Below are positions 14,801 to 34,000 of a stretch of DNA of 64,000 nt, one piece after another. Both the position numbers and the translations under genes were made by a program. Below the pieces are notes generated by a model. The model was not told the DNA's origin. It did no database searches and was given only the letters and a program-made list of their open reading frames with translations. Each line of letters starts with the position of its first letter. Position 1 is the stretch's first letter. The DNA is taken from assembly GCA_964016885.1 (NCBI GenBank), contig OZ024760.1:4402001-4466000 (forward strand), given 5' to 3'. Source of the stretch: Eledone cirrhosa (taxonomy: Eukaryota).

Positions 14801-17800
14801 CACCACCACGACCAGCACCACTACAACCATCACCACCACAACCAGTACCACCACAACCATCACCACCACAACCATCACCACCACCACAATCAGCACCACC
14901 CCAACCATCACCACCACCATCATCACCACCACAACCAGCACCACCACAACCAGCACCACCACCACAACGAGCACCACCACAACCATCACCACCACCACAA
15001 CTACCACCACCACAACCATCACCACCATAACCATCACCACCACAACCATCACCACCACCACAACCATCACCACCACAACCATCACCACCACAACCAGCAC
15101 CACCACAACCATCACCACCACCACCACCACCACCACAATCATCACCACCACCACAACCATCACCACCACCACAACCAGCACCACCACAACCAGCACCACC
15201 ACAACCAGAACAACCACAACAACCAGCACCACCACTACCATCGCCACCACCACAACCATCACCACCACAACCATCACCACCACCCCAACCATCACCACCA
15301 CAACCATCACCACCACCACAACCAGCACCACCACCATATCATCAGCACCACAACCAGCACCACCACCACAACCATCACCACCACAACCATCACCACAACC
15401 AGCACCACCACAACCATCACCACCACCAAAACAATCACCACCACCATAACCATCACCACCACAACAACCATCACCACCACAACCATCACCACCACAACCA
15501 GCACCACCACAACCATTACCACCACCACAACCAGCACTACCACGACCAGCACCACCACAACCATCACCACCACAACCAGTACCACCACAACCATCACCAC
15601 CACAACCATCACCAGCACCACAACCAGCACCACCACAACCATCACCACCACCACAACCAACACCACCACAATCATTACCACCAAAACCAGCACCACCACC
15701 ACAACCATCACCACCACACCAGCACCACCACAACCATCACCACCACCAAAACAATCACCACCACCATAACCATCACCACCACAACCAGCACCACCACCAC
15801 AACCATCACCACCACAACCAGCACCACCACAACCATCACCACCACAACCAGCACCACCACAACCATCACCACCACAGCCAGCATCACCACAACCATCACC
15901 ACCACCACAACCAGCACCACCACAACCATCACCACCACCACAACCATCATCACCACCACAACCAGCACCACCACAACCATCACCACCACAACCATCACCA
16001 CCACCACGACCAGCACCACTACAACCATCACCACCACAACCAGTACCACCACAACCATCACCACTACAACCATCACCACCACCACAATCAGCACCACCCC
16101 AACCATCACCACCACCACAACCATCACCACCACCATATCATCACCACCACAACCAGCACCACCATAACCAGCACCACCACCACAACCAGCACCACCACAA
16201 CCATCACCACCACCACAACTACCACCACCACCACCATCACCACCATAACCATCACCACCACAACCATCACCACCACCACAACCAGCACTACCACAACCAT
16301 CACCACCACAACCATCACCACCACCACAGCCAGCATCACCACAACCATCACCACCACCACAACCAGCACCACCACAACCATCACCACCACCAAAACCAGC
16401 ACCACCACAACCAGCACCACCACAACCAGCACCACCACAACCATCACCACCACCACAACCATCACCACCACAACCATCACCACCATAACCATCACCACCA
16501 CAACCAGCACCACCACATCCATCACCACTACAACCATCACCACCACAACCAGCACCACCACAACCATCACCACCACAACCATCACCACCACCACAACCAG
16601 CACCACCACAACCATCACCACTACAACCATCACCACCACCACAGCCATCACCACCACTAACAGCACCACCACAACCATCACCACCACAACCATCACCACC
16701 ACAACAACCAGCAACACCACAACCATCGCCACCACCACAACCATCACCACCACAACCATCACCACCACCCCAACCAGCACCACCACAACCATCACCACCA
16801 CCACAACCAGCACCACCACAACCAGCACCACCACAACCATCACCACCACCACAACCATCACCACCACAACCAGTACCACCACAACCATCACCACCACCAC
16901 AACCATCACCACCACCACAACCAGCACCACCACAACCATCACCACCACCACAACCAACACCACCACCACAATCATTACCACCACAACCAGCACCACCACC
17001 ACAACTATCACCACCACAACCAGCACCACCACAACCATCACCACCACAACCAGCACCACCACAACCATCACCACCACCACAGCCAGCATCACCACAACCA
17101 TCACCACCACCACAACCAGCACCACCACAACCATCACCACCACCACAACCATCATCACCACCACAACCAGCACCACCACAACCATCACCACCACCACAGC
17201 CAGCATCACCACAACCATCACCACCACCACAACCAGCACCACCACAACCATCACCACCACCACAGCCAGCATCACCACAACCATCATCACCACCACAACC
17301 ATCACCACCACAACCAGCACCACCACAACCATCACCACCACCACGACCAGCACCACTACAACCATCACCACCACAACCAGTACCACCACAACCATCACCA
17401 CCACAACCATCACCACCACCACAATCAGCACCACCGCAACCATCACCACCACCACAACCATCACCACCACCATATCATCACCACCACAACCAGCAACACC
17501 ACCACAACCAGCACCACCACAACCATCACCACCACCACAACTACCACCACCACAACCATCACCACCATAACCATCACCACCACAACCATCACCACCACCA
17601 CAACCAGCACCACCACAACCATCACCACCACCACAGCCAGCATCTCCACAACCATCACCACCACCACAACCAGCACCACCACAACCATCACCACCACCAC
17701 AATCATTACCACCAAAACCAGCACCTCCACCACAACCAGCACAACCACAACCATCATCACCACCAAAACAATCACCACCACCATAACCATCACCACCACA

Positions 17801-18974
17801 ACCTGCACCACCACCACAACCATGACCACCACAACCAGCACCACCACAACCATCACCACCACAACCAGCACCACCACAACCATCACCACCACAACCATCA
17901 CCACCACCACAGCCAGCATCACCAAAACCATCACCACCACCACAACCAGCACCAACACAACCATCACCACCACCACAACCATCATCACCACCACAACCAG
18001 CACCACCACAACCAGCACCACCACAACCATCACCACCACCACAACCATCACCACCACAACCATCACCACCACAACCATCACCACCACCACGACCAGCACC
18101 ACTACAACCATCACCACCACAACCAGTACCACCACAACCATCACCACCACAACCATCACCACCACCACAATCAGCACCACCCCAACCATCACCACCACCA
18201 CAACCATCATCACCACCACAACCAGCACCACCACAACCAGCACCACCACCACAACGAGCACCACCACAACCATCACCACCACCACAACTACCACCACCAC
18301 AACCATCACCACCATAACCATCACCACCACAACCATCACCACCACCACAACCATCACCACCACAACCATCACCACCACAACCATCACCACCACAACCATC
18401 ACCACCACCACAACCAGCACCACCACAACCATCATCACCACCACAACCAGCACCACCACAACCATCACCACCACCATCACCATCACAACCATCACCACCA
18501 CAACCAGCACCACCACAACCATCTCCACCACCACAACCAGCACCACCACAACCATCACCACACCACAACCAGCACCACCACAACCATCACCACCACAACC
18601 ATCACCACCACAACCAGCACCACCACAACCATCACCACCACCACCACAACCATCACTACCACCACAACCAGCACCACCACAACCATCTCCACCACCACAA
18701 CCAGCACCACCACAACCATCACCACACCACAACCATCACCACCACAACCATCACCACCACAACCAGCACCACCACAACCATCACCACCACCACCACCACC
18801 ACCACAACCATCACCACCACCACAAACAGCATCACCACAACCATCACCACCACAACCATCACCACCACCACAACCATCACCACCACCACCACAACCATCA
18901 CCACCACCACAACCAGCACCACCACAACCATCACCACCACAACCAGCACCACCACAACCATCACCACCACCACA

Positions 18975-19005
<31 letters not shown>

Positions 19006-22000
19006 CCACAATCATCACCACCACCACAAACAGCATCAACACCACAACCAGCACCACCACAGCCATCACCACCACAACCATCACCACCACAACCATCGCC
19101 ACCACCACAACCATCACCACCACAACCATCACCACCACCCCAACCATCACCACCACAACCATCACCACCACCACAACCATCACCACCACAACCATCACCA
19201 CCACCACAACCAGCACCACCACAACCATCACCACCACAACCATCACCACCACCACAACCAGCACCACCACAACCAGCACCACCACAGCCATCACCACCAC
19301 CACCACCACCACAACCAGCACCACCACCCCAACCAGCACCACCACAACCATCACCTCCACCACAACCAGCACCACCACAGCCATCACCACCACAACCATC
19401 ACCACCACAACCATCACCACCACTAACAGCACCACCACCACAACCATCACCACCACAACCATCACCACCACCACAACCAGCACCACCACAACCAGCACCA
19501 CCACAACAACCAGCACCACCACAACCATCACCACCACCAGAACCAGCACCACCACAACCATCACCACCACAACCATCACCACCACAACCATCACCACCAC
19601 AACCATCACCACCACCACAACCAGCACCACCACAACCATCACCACCACCACAACCAGCACCACCACAACAACCAGCACCACCACAACCATCACCACCACC
19701 ACAACCATCACCACCACAACCATCACCACCACCACAACCAGCACCACCACAATCAGCACCACCACAACAACCAGCACCACCACACCAATCACCACCACCA
19801 CAACCATCACCACCACAACCAGCACCACCACAACCATCACCACCACCACAACCAGCACCACCACAACCATCACCACCACAACCATCACCACCACAACCAT
19901 CACCACCACCACAACCAGCACCACCACAACCATCACCACCACAACCAGCACCACCACAACCATCACCACCACAACCATCACCACCACAACCATCACCACC
20001 ACCACAACCATCACCACCACCACAACCAACACCACCACAACCACCAACACCACAACCAGCACCACCACCACAACCATCACCACCACAACCAACACCACCA
20101 CAACCACCAACACCACAACCAACACCACCACAACCACCAACACCACAACCATCACCACCACAACAACCAGCACCACCACAACCATCACCACCACCACAAC
20201 CAGCACCACCACAACCAGCACCACCAACACAACCAGCACCGCCACAACCATCACCACCACAACCATCACCACCACCACAACTAGCACCACCACACCCATC
20301 ACCACCACCACAACCAGCACCACCACAACCATCACCACCACAACCAGCACCACCATAACCATCACCACAGCCATCACCACCACCACAACCAGCACCACCA
20401 CAACCATCACCACCACCACAACCATCACCACCACAACCATCATCACCACCACAACCAGCACCACCACAACCATCACCACCACCATCACCACCACAACCAT
20501 CACCACCACAACCAGCACCACCACAACCAGCACCACCACAACCATCACCACACCACAACCAGCACCACCACAACCATCACCACCACAACCATCACCACCA
20601 CAACCAGCACCACCACAACCATCACCACCACCACAACCATCACCACCACCACCACAACCAGCACCACCACAACCATCACCACCACCACCACCACCACCAC
20701 CACAACCATCACCACCACCACAAACAGCATCACCACAACCATCACCACCACAACCATAACCACCACCACAACCATCACCACCACCACCACAACCATCACC
20801 ACCACCACAACCAGCACCACCACAACCATCACCACCACCACAACCAGCACCACCACAACCACCACAACCATCACCACCACCACCACCACCACCACAATCA
20901 TCACCACCACCACAAACAGCATCAACACCACAACCAGCACCACCACAGCCATCACCACCACTAACAGCACCACCACAACCATCACCACCACAACCATCGC
21001 CACCACCACAACCATCACCACCACAACCATCACCACCACCACAACCATCACCACCACAACCATCACCACCACCACAACTAGCACCACCACAACCAGCACC
21101 ACCACAACAACCAGCACCACCACAACCATAACCACCACCACAACCAGCACCACCACAACCATCACCACCACAACCAGCACCACCACAACCATCACCACCA
21201 CCACAACCAGCACCACCACAACCAGCACCACCACAACAACCAGCACCACCACAGCCATCACCACCACCACCACCACCACAACCATCACCACCACCCCAAC
21301 CAGCACCACCACAACCATCACCCCAACCACAACCAGCACCACCACAGCCATCACCACCACAACCATCACCACCACTAACAGCACCACCACCACAACCATC
21401 ACAACCATCACCACCACCATCACCACCACAACCATCACCACCACAACCAGCACCACCACAACCAGCACCACCACAACCATCACCACACCACAACCAGCAC
21501 CACCACAACCATCACCACCACAACCATCACCACCACAACCAGCACCACCACAACCATCACCACCACCACAACCATCACCACCACCACCACAACCAGCACC
21601 ACCACAACCATCACCACCACCACCACCACCACCACCACAACCATCACCACCACCACAAACAGCATCACCACAACCATCACCACCACAACCATCACCACCA
21701 CCACAACCATCACCACCAGCACCACAACCATCACCACCACCACAACCAGCACCACCACAACCATCACCACCACCACAACCAGCACCACCACAACCACCAC
21801 AACCATCACCACCACCACCACCACCACCACAATCATCACCACCACCACAAACAGCATCAACACCACAACCAGCACCACCACAGCCATCACCACCACTAAC
21901 AGCACCACCACAACCATCACCACCACAACCATCGCCACCACCACAACCATCACCACCACAACCATCACCACCACCACAACCATCACCACCACAACCATCA

Positions 22001-25000
22001 CCACCACCACAACTAGCACCACCACAACCAGCACCACCACAACAACCAGCACCACCACAACCATCACCACCACCACAACCAGCACCACCACAACCATCAC
22101 CACCACAACCAGCACCACCACAACCATCACCACCACCACAACCAGCACCACCACAACCAGCACCACCACAACAACCAGCACCACCACAGCCATCACCACC
22201 ACCACCACCACCACAACCATCACCACCACCCCAACCAGCACCACCACAACCATCACCCCAACCACAACCAGCACCACCACAGCCATCACCACCACAACCA
22301 TCACCACCACTAACAGCACCACCACCACAACCATCACCACCACAACCATCACCACCACCACAACCAGCACCACCACAACCAGCACCACCACAACAACCAG
22401 CACCACCACAACCATCACCACCACCACAACCATCACCACCACCAGAACCAGCACCACCACAACCATCACCACCACAACCAGCACTACCACAACCATCACC
22501 ACCACAACCATCACCACCACAACCATCACCACCACCACAACCAGCACCACCACAACAACCAGCACCACCACAACCATCACCACCACCACAACCATCACCA
22601 CCACAACCATCACCACCACCACAACCAGCACCACCACAATCAGCACCACCACAACAACCAGCACCACCACACCAATCACCACCACCACAACCATCACCAC
22701 CACAACCAGCACCACCACAACCATCACCACCACCACAACCAGCACCACCACAACCATCACCACCACAACCATCACCACCACAACCATCACCACCACCACA
22801 ACCAGCACCACCACAACCATCACCACCACAACCAGCACCACCACAACCATCACCACCACAACCATCACCACCACAACCATCACCACCACCACAACCATCA
22901 CCACCACAACCAACACCACCACAACCAACACCACCACAACCACCAACACCACAACCAGCACCACCACAACCATCACCACCACAACAACCAGCACCACCAC
23001 AACCATCACCACCACCACAACCATCACCACCACAACCATCACCACCACCACAACCAGCACCACCACCACAACCAGCACCACCAACACAACCAGCACCGCC
23101 ACAACCATCACCACCACAACCATCACCACCACCACAACTAGCACCACCACACCCATCACCACCACCACAACCATCACCACCACAACCAGCACCACCATAA
23201 CCATCACCACAGCCATCACCACCACCACAACCAGCACCACCACAACCATCACCACCACCACAACCAGCACCACCACAACCATCATCACCACCACAACCAG
23301 CACCACCACAACCATCACCACCACCATCACCACCACAACCATCACCACAACAACCAGCACCACCACAACCAGCACCACCACAACCAGCACCACCACAGCC
23401 ATCACCACACCACAACCAGCACCACCACAACCATCACCACCACAACCATCACCACCACAACCAGCACCACCACAACCATCACCACCACCACAACCATCAC
23501 CACCACCACCACAACCAGCACCACCACAACCATCACCACCACCACCACCACCACCACAACCATCACCACCACCACAACCATCACCACCACAACCATCACC
23601 ACCACCACAACCATCACCACCACCACCACAACCATCACCACCACCACAACCAGCACCACCACAACCATCACCACCACCACAACCAGCACCACCACAACCA
23701 CCACAACCATCACCACCACCACCACCACCACCACAATCATCACCACCACCACAACCAGCACCACCACAGCCATCACCACCACTAACAGCACCACCACAAC
23801 CATCACCACCACAACCATCGCCACCACCACAACCATCACCACCACAACCATCACCACCACCACAACCATCACCACCACAACCATCACCACCACCACAACT
23901 AGCACCACCACAACCAGCACCACCACAACAACCAGCACCACCACAACCATCACCACCACCACAACCAGCACCACCACAACCAGCACCACCACAACAACCA
24001 GCACCACCACAGCCATCACCACCACCACCACCACCACAACCATCACCACCACCCCAACCAGCACCACCACAACCATCACCCCAACCACAACCAGCACCAC
24101 CACAGCCATCACCACCACAACCATCACCACCACCACAACCATCACCACCACCAGAACCAGCACCACCACAACCATCACCACCACAACCAGCACTACCACA
24201 ACCATCACCACCACAATCATCACCACCACCACAACCATCACCACCACAACCATCACCACCACCACAACCAGCACCACCACAACAACCAGCACCACCACAA
24301 CCATCACCACCACCACAACCATCACCACCACAACCATCACCACCACCACAACCAGCACCACCACAATCAGCACCACCACAACAACCATCACCACCACAAC
24401 CATCACCACCACAACCAGCACCACCACAACCATCACCACCACCACAACCAGCACCACCACAACCATCACCACCACAACCATCACCACCACAACCATCACC
24501 ACCACCACAACCAGCACCACCACAACCATCACCACCACAACCAGCACCACCACAACCATCACCACCACAACCATCACCACCACAACCATCACCACCACCA
24601 CAACCATCACCACCACAACCAACACCACCACAACCACCAACACCACAACCAGCACCACCACAACCATCACCACCACAACAACCAGCACCACCACAACCAT
24701 CACCACCACCACAACCATCACCACCACAACCATCACCACCACCACAACCAGCACCACCACCACAACCAGCACCACCAACACAACCAGCACCGCCACAACC
24801 AGCACCACCACAACCAGCACCACCACAACCATCACCACCACAACCATCACCACCACCACACCCATCACCACCACCACAACCATCACCACCACAACCAGCA
24901 CCACCACCACAACCATCACCACAGCCATCACCACCACCACAACCAGCACCACCACAACCATCACCACCACCACAACCATCACCACCACCACAACCAGCAC

Positions 25001-28000
25001 CACCACAACCATCGCCACCACAACCATCACCACCACCACAACCATCACCACCACCACAACCAGCACCACCACAACCATCACCACCACCACCATCACCACC
25101 ACCGAAACCACCACCACCACAACCAGCACCACCACAACCATCACCACCACCACAACCAGCACCACCACAACCAGCACCACCACAACCATCGCCACCACAA
25201 CCATCACCACCACCACCATCACCACCACCGAAACCACCACCACCACAACCAGCACCACCACAACCATCACCACCACCACAACCAGCACCACCACAACCAT
25301 CACCACCACCACAACCATCACCACCACCACCATCACCACCACAACCAGCACCACCACAACCATCACCACCACCACAACCAGGACCACCACAACCATCACC
25401 ACCACAACCATCACCACCACAACCATCACCACCACCACAACCAGCACCACCACAACCATCACCACCACAACCAGCACCACCACAACCATCACCACCACAA
25501 CCATCACCACCACAACCATCACCACCACCACAACCATCACCACCACAACCAACACCACCACAACCACCAACACCACAACCAGCACCACCACCACAACCAT
25601 CACCACCACAACCAACACCACCACAACCACCAACACCACAACCAACACCACCACAACCACCAACACCACAACCATCACCACCACAACAACCAGCACCACC
25701 ACAACCATCACCACCACCACAACCATCACCACCACAACCATCACCACCACCACAACCAGCACCACCACAACCAGCACCACCAACACAACCAGCACCGCCA
25801 CAACCATCACCACCACAACCATCACCACCACCACAACTAGCACCACCACACCCATCACCACCACCACAACCAGCACCACCACAACCATCACCACGACAAC
25901 CAGCACCACCATAACCATCACCACAGCCATCACCACCACCACAACCAGCACCACCACAACCATCACCACCACCACAACCATCACCACCACAACCATCATC
26001 ACCACCACAACCAGCACCACCACAACCATCACCACCACCATCACCACCACAACCATCACCACCACAACCAGCACCACCACAACCAGCACCACCACAACCA
26101 TCACCACACCACAACCAGCACCACCACAACCATCACCACCACAACCATCACCACCACAACCAGCACTACCACAACCATCACCACCACCACAACCATCACC
26201 ACCACCACCACAACCAGCACCACCACAACCATCACCACCACCACCACCACCACCACCACAACCATCACCACCACCACAAACAGCATCACCACAACCATCA
26301 CCACCACAACCATCACCACCACCACAACCATCACCACCACCACCACAACCATCACCACCACCACAACCAGCACCACCACAACCATCACCACCACCACAAC
26401 CAGCACCACCACAACCACCACAACCATCACCACCACCACCACCACCACCACAATCATCACCACCACCACAAACAGCATCAACACCACAACCAGCACCACC
26501 ACAGCCATCACCACCACTAACAGCACCACCACAACCATCACCACCACAACCATCGCCACCACCACAACCATCACCACCACAACCATCACCACCACCACAA
26601 CCATCACCACCACAACCATCACCACCACCACAACTAGCACCACCACAACCAGCACCACCACAACAACCAGCACCACCACAACCATCACCACCACCACAAC
26701 CAGCACCACCACAACCATCACCACCACAACCAGCACCACCACAACCATCACCACCACCACAACCAGCACCACCACAACCAGCACCACCACAACAACCAGC
26801 ACCACCACAGCCATCACCACCACCACCACCACCACAACCATCACCACCACCCCAACCAGCACCACCACAACCATCACCCCAACCACAACCAGCACCACCA
26901 CAGCCATCACCACCACAACCATCACCACCACTAACAGCACCACCACCACAACCATCACCACCACAACCATCACCACCACCATCACCACCACAACCATCAC
27001 CACCACAACCAGCACCACCACAACCAGCACCACCACAACCATCACCACACCACAACCAGCACCACCACAACCATCACCACCACAACCATCACCACCACAA
27101 CCAGCACCACCACAACCATCACCACCACCACAACCATCACCACCACCACCACAACCAGCACCACCACAACCATCACCACCACCACCACCACCACCACCAC
27201 AACCATCACCACCACCACAAACAGCATCACCACAACCATCACCACCACAACCATCACCACCACCACAACCATCACCACCACCACCACAACCATCACCACC
27301 ACCACAACCAGCACCACCACAACCATCACCACCACCACAACCAGCACCACCACAACCACCACAACCATCACCACCACCACCACCACCACCACAATCATCA
27401 CCACCACCACAAACAGCATCAACACCACAACCAGCACCACCACAGCCATCACCACCACTAACAGCACCACCACAACCATCACCACCACAACCATCGCCAC
27501 CACCACAACCATCACCACCACAACCATCACCACCACCACAACCATCACCACCACAACCATCACCACCACCACAACTAGCACCACCACAACCAGCACCACC
27601 ACAACAACCAGCACCACCACAACCATCACCACCACCACAACCAGCACCACCACAACCATCACCACCACAACCAGCACCACCACAACCATCACCAGCACCA
27701 CAACCAGCACCACCACAACCAGCACCACCACAACAACCAGCACCACCACAGCCATCACCACCACCACCACCACCACAACCATCACCACCACCCCAACCAG
27801 CACCACCACAACCATCACCCCAACCACAACCAGCACCACCACAGCCATCACCACCACAACCATCACCACCACTAACAGCACCACCACCACAACCATCACC
27901 ACCACAACCATCACCACCACCACAACCAGCACCACCACAACCAGCACCACCACAACAACCAGCACCACCACAACCATCACCACCACCACAACCATCACCA

Positions 28001-31000
28001 CCACCAGAACCAGCACCACCACAACCATCACCACCACAACCAGCACTACCACAACCATCACCACCACAACCATCACCACCACAACCATCACCACCACCAC
28101 AACCAGCACCACCACAACAACCAGCACCACCACAACCATCACCACCACCACAACCATCACCACCACAACCATCACCACCACCACAACCAGCACCACCACA
28201 ATCAGCACCACCACAACAACCAGCACCACCACACCAATCACCACCACCACAACCATCACCACCACAACCAGCACCACCACAACCATCACCACCACCACAA
28301 CCAGCACCACCACAACCATCACCACCACAACCATCACCACCACAACCATCACCACCACCACAACCAGCACCACCACAACCATCACCACCACAACCAGCAC
28401 CACCACAACCATCACCACCACAACCATCACCACCACAACCATCACCACCACCACAACCATCACCACCACAACCAACACCACCACAACCAACACCACCACA
28501 ACCACCAACACCACAACCAGCACCACCACAACCATCACCACCACAACAACCAGCACCACCACAACCATCACCACCACCACAACCATCACCACCACAACCA
28601 TCACCACCACCACAACCAGCACCACCACCACAACCAGCACCACCAACACAACCAGCACCGCCACAACCATCACCACCACAACCATCACCACCACCACAAC
28701 TAGCACCACCACACCCATCACCACCACCACAACCATCACCACCACAACCAGCACCACCATAACCATCACCACAGCCATCACCACCACCACAACCATCACC
28801 ACCACCACAACCAGCACCACCACAACCATCATCACCACCACAACCAGCACCACCACAACCATCACCACCACCATCACCACCACAACCATCACCACAACAA
28901 CCAGCACCACCACAACCAGCACCACCACAACCAGCACCACCACAGCCATCACCACACCACAACCAGCACCACCACAACCATCACCACCACAACCATCACC
29001 ACCACAACCAGCACCACCACAACCATCACCACCACCACAACCATCACCACCACCACCACAACCAGCACCACCACAACCATCACCACCACCACCACCACCA
29101 CCACAACCATCACCACCACCACAACCATCACCACCACAACCATCACCACCACCACAACCATCACCACCACCACAACCAGCACCACCACAACCATCACCAC
29201 CACCACAACCAGCACCACCACAACCACCACAACCATCACCACCACCACCACCACCACCACAATCATCACCACCACCACAACCAGCACCACCACAGCCATC
29301 ACCACCACTAACAGCACCACCACAACCATCACCACCACAACCATCGCCACCACCACAACCATCACCACCACAACCATCACCACCACCACAACCATCACCA
29401 CCACAACCATCACCACCACCACAACTAGCACCACCACAACCAGCACCACCACAACAACCAGCACCACCACAACCATCACCACCACCACAACCAGCACCAC
29501 CACAACCAGCACCACCACAACAACCAGCACCACCACAGCCATCACCACCACCACCACCACCACAACCATCACCACCACCCCAACCAGCACCACCACAACC
29601 ATCACCCCAACCACAACCAGCACCACCACAGCCATCACCACCACAACCATCACCACCACCACAACCATCACCACCACCAGAACCAGCACCACCACAACCA
29701 TCACCACCACAACCAGCACTACCACAACCATCACCACCACAACCATCACCACCACAATCATCACCACCACCACAACCATCACCACCACAACCATCACCAC
29801 CACCACAACCAGCACCACCACAACAACCAGCACCACCACAACCATCACCACCACCACAACCATCACCACCACAACCATCACCACCACCACAACCAGCACC
29901 ACCACAATCAGCACCACCACAACAACCATCACCACCACAACCATCACCACCACAACCAGCACCACCACAACCATCACCACCACCACAACCAGCACCACCA
30001 CAACCATCACCACCACAACCATCACCACCACAACCATCACCACCACCACAACCAGCACCACCACAACCATCACCACCACAACCAGCACCACCACAACCAT
30101 CACCACCACAACCATCACCACCACAACCATCACCACCACCACAACCATCACCACCACAACCAACACCACCACAACCACCAACACCACAACCAGCACCACC
30201 ACAACCATCACCACCACAACAACCAGCACCACCACAACCATCACCACCACCACAACCATCACCACCACAACCATCACCACCACCACAACCAGCACCACCA
30301 CCACAACCAGCACCACCAACACAACCAGCACCGCCACAACCAGCACCACCACAACCAGCACCACCACAACCATCACCACCACAACCATCACCACCACCAC
30401 ACCCATCACCACCACCACAACCATCACCACCACAACCAGCACCACCACCACAACCATCACCACAGCCATCACCACCACCACAACCAGCACCACCACAACC
30501 ATCACCACCACCACAACCATCACCACCACCACAACCAGCACCACCACAACCATCGCCACCACAACCATCACCACCACCACAACCATCACCACCACCACAA
30601 CCAGCACCACCACAACCATCACCACCACCACCATCACCACCACCGAAACCACCACCACCACAACCAGCACCACCACAACCATCACCACCACCACAACCAG
30701 CACCACCACAACCAGCACCACCACAACCATCGCCACCACAACCATCACCACCACCACCATCACCACCACCGAAACCACCACCACCACAACCAGCACCACC
30801 ACAACCATCACCACCACCACAACCAGCACCACCACAACCATCACCACCACCACAACCATCACCACCACCACCATCACCACCACAACCAGCACCACCACAA
30901 CCATCACCACCACCACAACCAGCACCACCACAACCATCACCACCACAACCATCACCACCACAACCATCACCACCACCACAACCAGCACCACCACAACCAT

Positions 31001-34000
31001 CACCACCACAACCAGCACCACCACAACCATCACCACCACAACCATCACCACCACAACCATCACCACCACCACAACCATCACCACCACAACCAACACCACC
31101 ACAACCACCAACACCACAACCAGCACCACCACCACAACCATCACCACCACAACCAACACCACCACAACCACCAACACCACAACCAACACCACCACAACCA
31201 CCAACACCACAACCATCACCACCACAACAACCAGCACCACCACAACCATCACCACCACCACAACCATCACCACCACAACCATCACCACCACCACAACCAG
31301 CACCACCACAACCAGCACCACCAACACAACCAGCACCGCCACAACCATCACCACCACAACCATCACCACCACCACAACTAGCACCACCACACCCATCACC
31401 ACCACCACAACCAGCACCACCACAACCATCACCACCACAACCAGCACCACCATAACCATCACCACAGCCATCACCACCACCACAACCAGCACCACCACAA
31501 CCATCACCACCACCACAACCATCACCACCACAACCATCATCACCACCACAACCAGCACCACCACAACCATCACCACCACCATCACCACCACAACCATCAC
31601 CACCACAACCAGCACCACCACAACCAGCACCACCACAACCATCACCACACCACAACCAGCACCACCACAACCATCACCACCACAACCATCACCACCACAA
31701 CCAGCACTACCACAACCATCACCACCACCACAACCATCACCACCACCACCACAACCAGCACCACCACAACCATCACCACCACCACCACCACCACCACCAC
31801 AACCATCACCACCACCACAAACAGCATCACCACAACCATCACCACCACAACCATCACCACCACCACAACCATCACCACCACCACCACAACCATCACCACC
31901 ACCACAACCAGCACCACCACAACCATCACCACCACCACAACCAGCACCATCACAACCACCACAACCATCACCACCACCACCACCACCACCACAATCATCA
32001 CCACCACCACAAACAGCATCAACACCACAACCAGCACCACCACAGCCATCACCACCACTAACAGCACCACCACAACCATCACCACCACAACCATCGCCAC
32101 CACCACAACCATCACCACCACAACCATCACCACCACCACAACCATCACCACCACAACCATCACCACCACCACAACTAGCACCACCACAACCAGCACCACC
32201 ACAACAACCAGCACCACCACAACCATCACCACCACCACAACCAGCACCACCACAACCATCACCACCACAACCAGCACCACCACAACCATCACCACCACCA
32301 CAACCAGCACCACCACAACCAGCACCACCACAACAACCAGCACCACCACAGCCATCACCACCACCACCACCACCACAACCATCACCACCACCCCAACCAG
32401 CACCACCACAACCATCACCCCAACCACAACCAGCACCACCACAGCCATCACCACCACAACCATCACCACCACTAACAGCACCACCACCACAACCATCACC
32501 ACCACAACCATCACCACCACCATCACCACCACAACCATCACCACCACAACCAGCACCACCACAACCAGCACCACCACAACCATCACCACACCACAACCAG
32601 CACCACCACAACCATCACCACCACAACCATCACCACCACAACCAGCACCACCACAACCATCACCACCACCACAACCATCACCACCACCACCACAACCAGC
32701 ACCACCACAACCATCACCACCACCACCACCACCACCACCACAACCATCACCACCACCACAAACAGCATCACCACAACCATCACCACCACAACCATCACCA
32801 CCACCACAACCATCACCACCACCACCACAACCATCACCACCACCACAACCAGCACCACCACAACCATCACCACCACCACAACCAGCACCACCACAACCAC
32901 CACAACCATCACCACCACCACCACCACCACCACAATCATCACCACCACCACAAACAGCATCAACACCACAACCAGCACCACCACAGCCATCACCACCACT
33001 AACAGCACCACCACAACCATCACCACCACAACCATCGCCACCACCACAACCATCACCACCACAACCATCACCACCACCACAACCATCACCACCACAACCA
33101 TCACCACCACCACAACTAGCACCACCACAACCAGCACCACCACAACAACCAGCACCACCACAACCATCACCACCACCACAACCAGCACCACCACAACCAT
33201 CACCACCACAACCAGCACCACCACAACCATCACCACCACCACAACCAGCACCACCACAACCAGCACCACCACAACAACCAGCACCACCACAGCCATCACC
33301 ACCACCACCACCACCACAACCATCACCACCACCCCAACCAGCACCACCACAACCATCACCCCAACCACAACCAGCACCACCACAGCCATCACCACCACAA
33401 CCATCACCACCACTAACAGCACCACCACCACAACCATCACCACCACAACCATCACCACCACCACAACCAGCACCACCACAACCAGCACCACCACAACAAC
33501 CAGCACCACCACAACCATCACCACCACCACAACCATCACCACCACCAGAACCAGCACCACCACAACCATCACCACCACAACCAGCACTACCACAACCATC
33601 ACCACCACAACCATCACCACCACAACCATCACCACCACCACAACCAGCACCACCACAACAACCAGCACCACCACAACCATCACCACCACCACAACCATCA
33701 CCACCACAACCATCACCACCACCACAACCAGCACCACCACAATCAGCACCACCACAACAACCAGCACCACCACACCAATCACCACCACCACAACCATCAC
33801 CACCACAACCAGCACCACCACAACCATCACCACCACCACAACCAGCACCACCACAACCATCACCACCACAACCATCACCACCACAACCATCACCACCACC
33901 ACAACCAGCACCACCACAACCATCACCACCACAACCAGCACCACCACAACCATCACCACCACAACCATCACCACCACAACCATCACCACCACCACAACCA

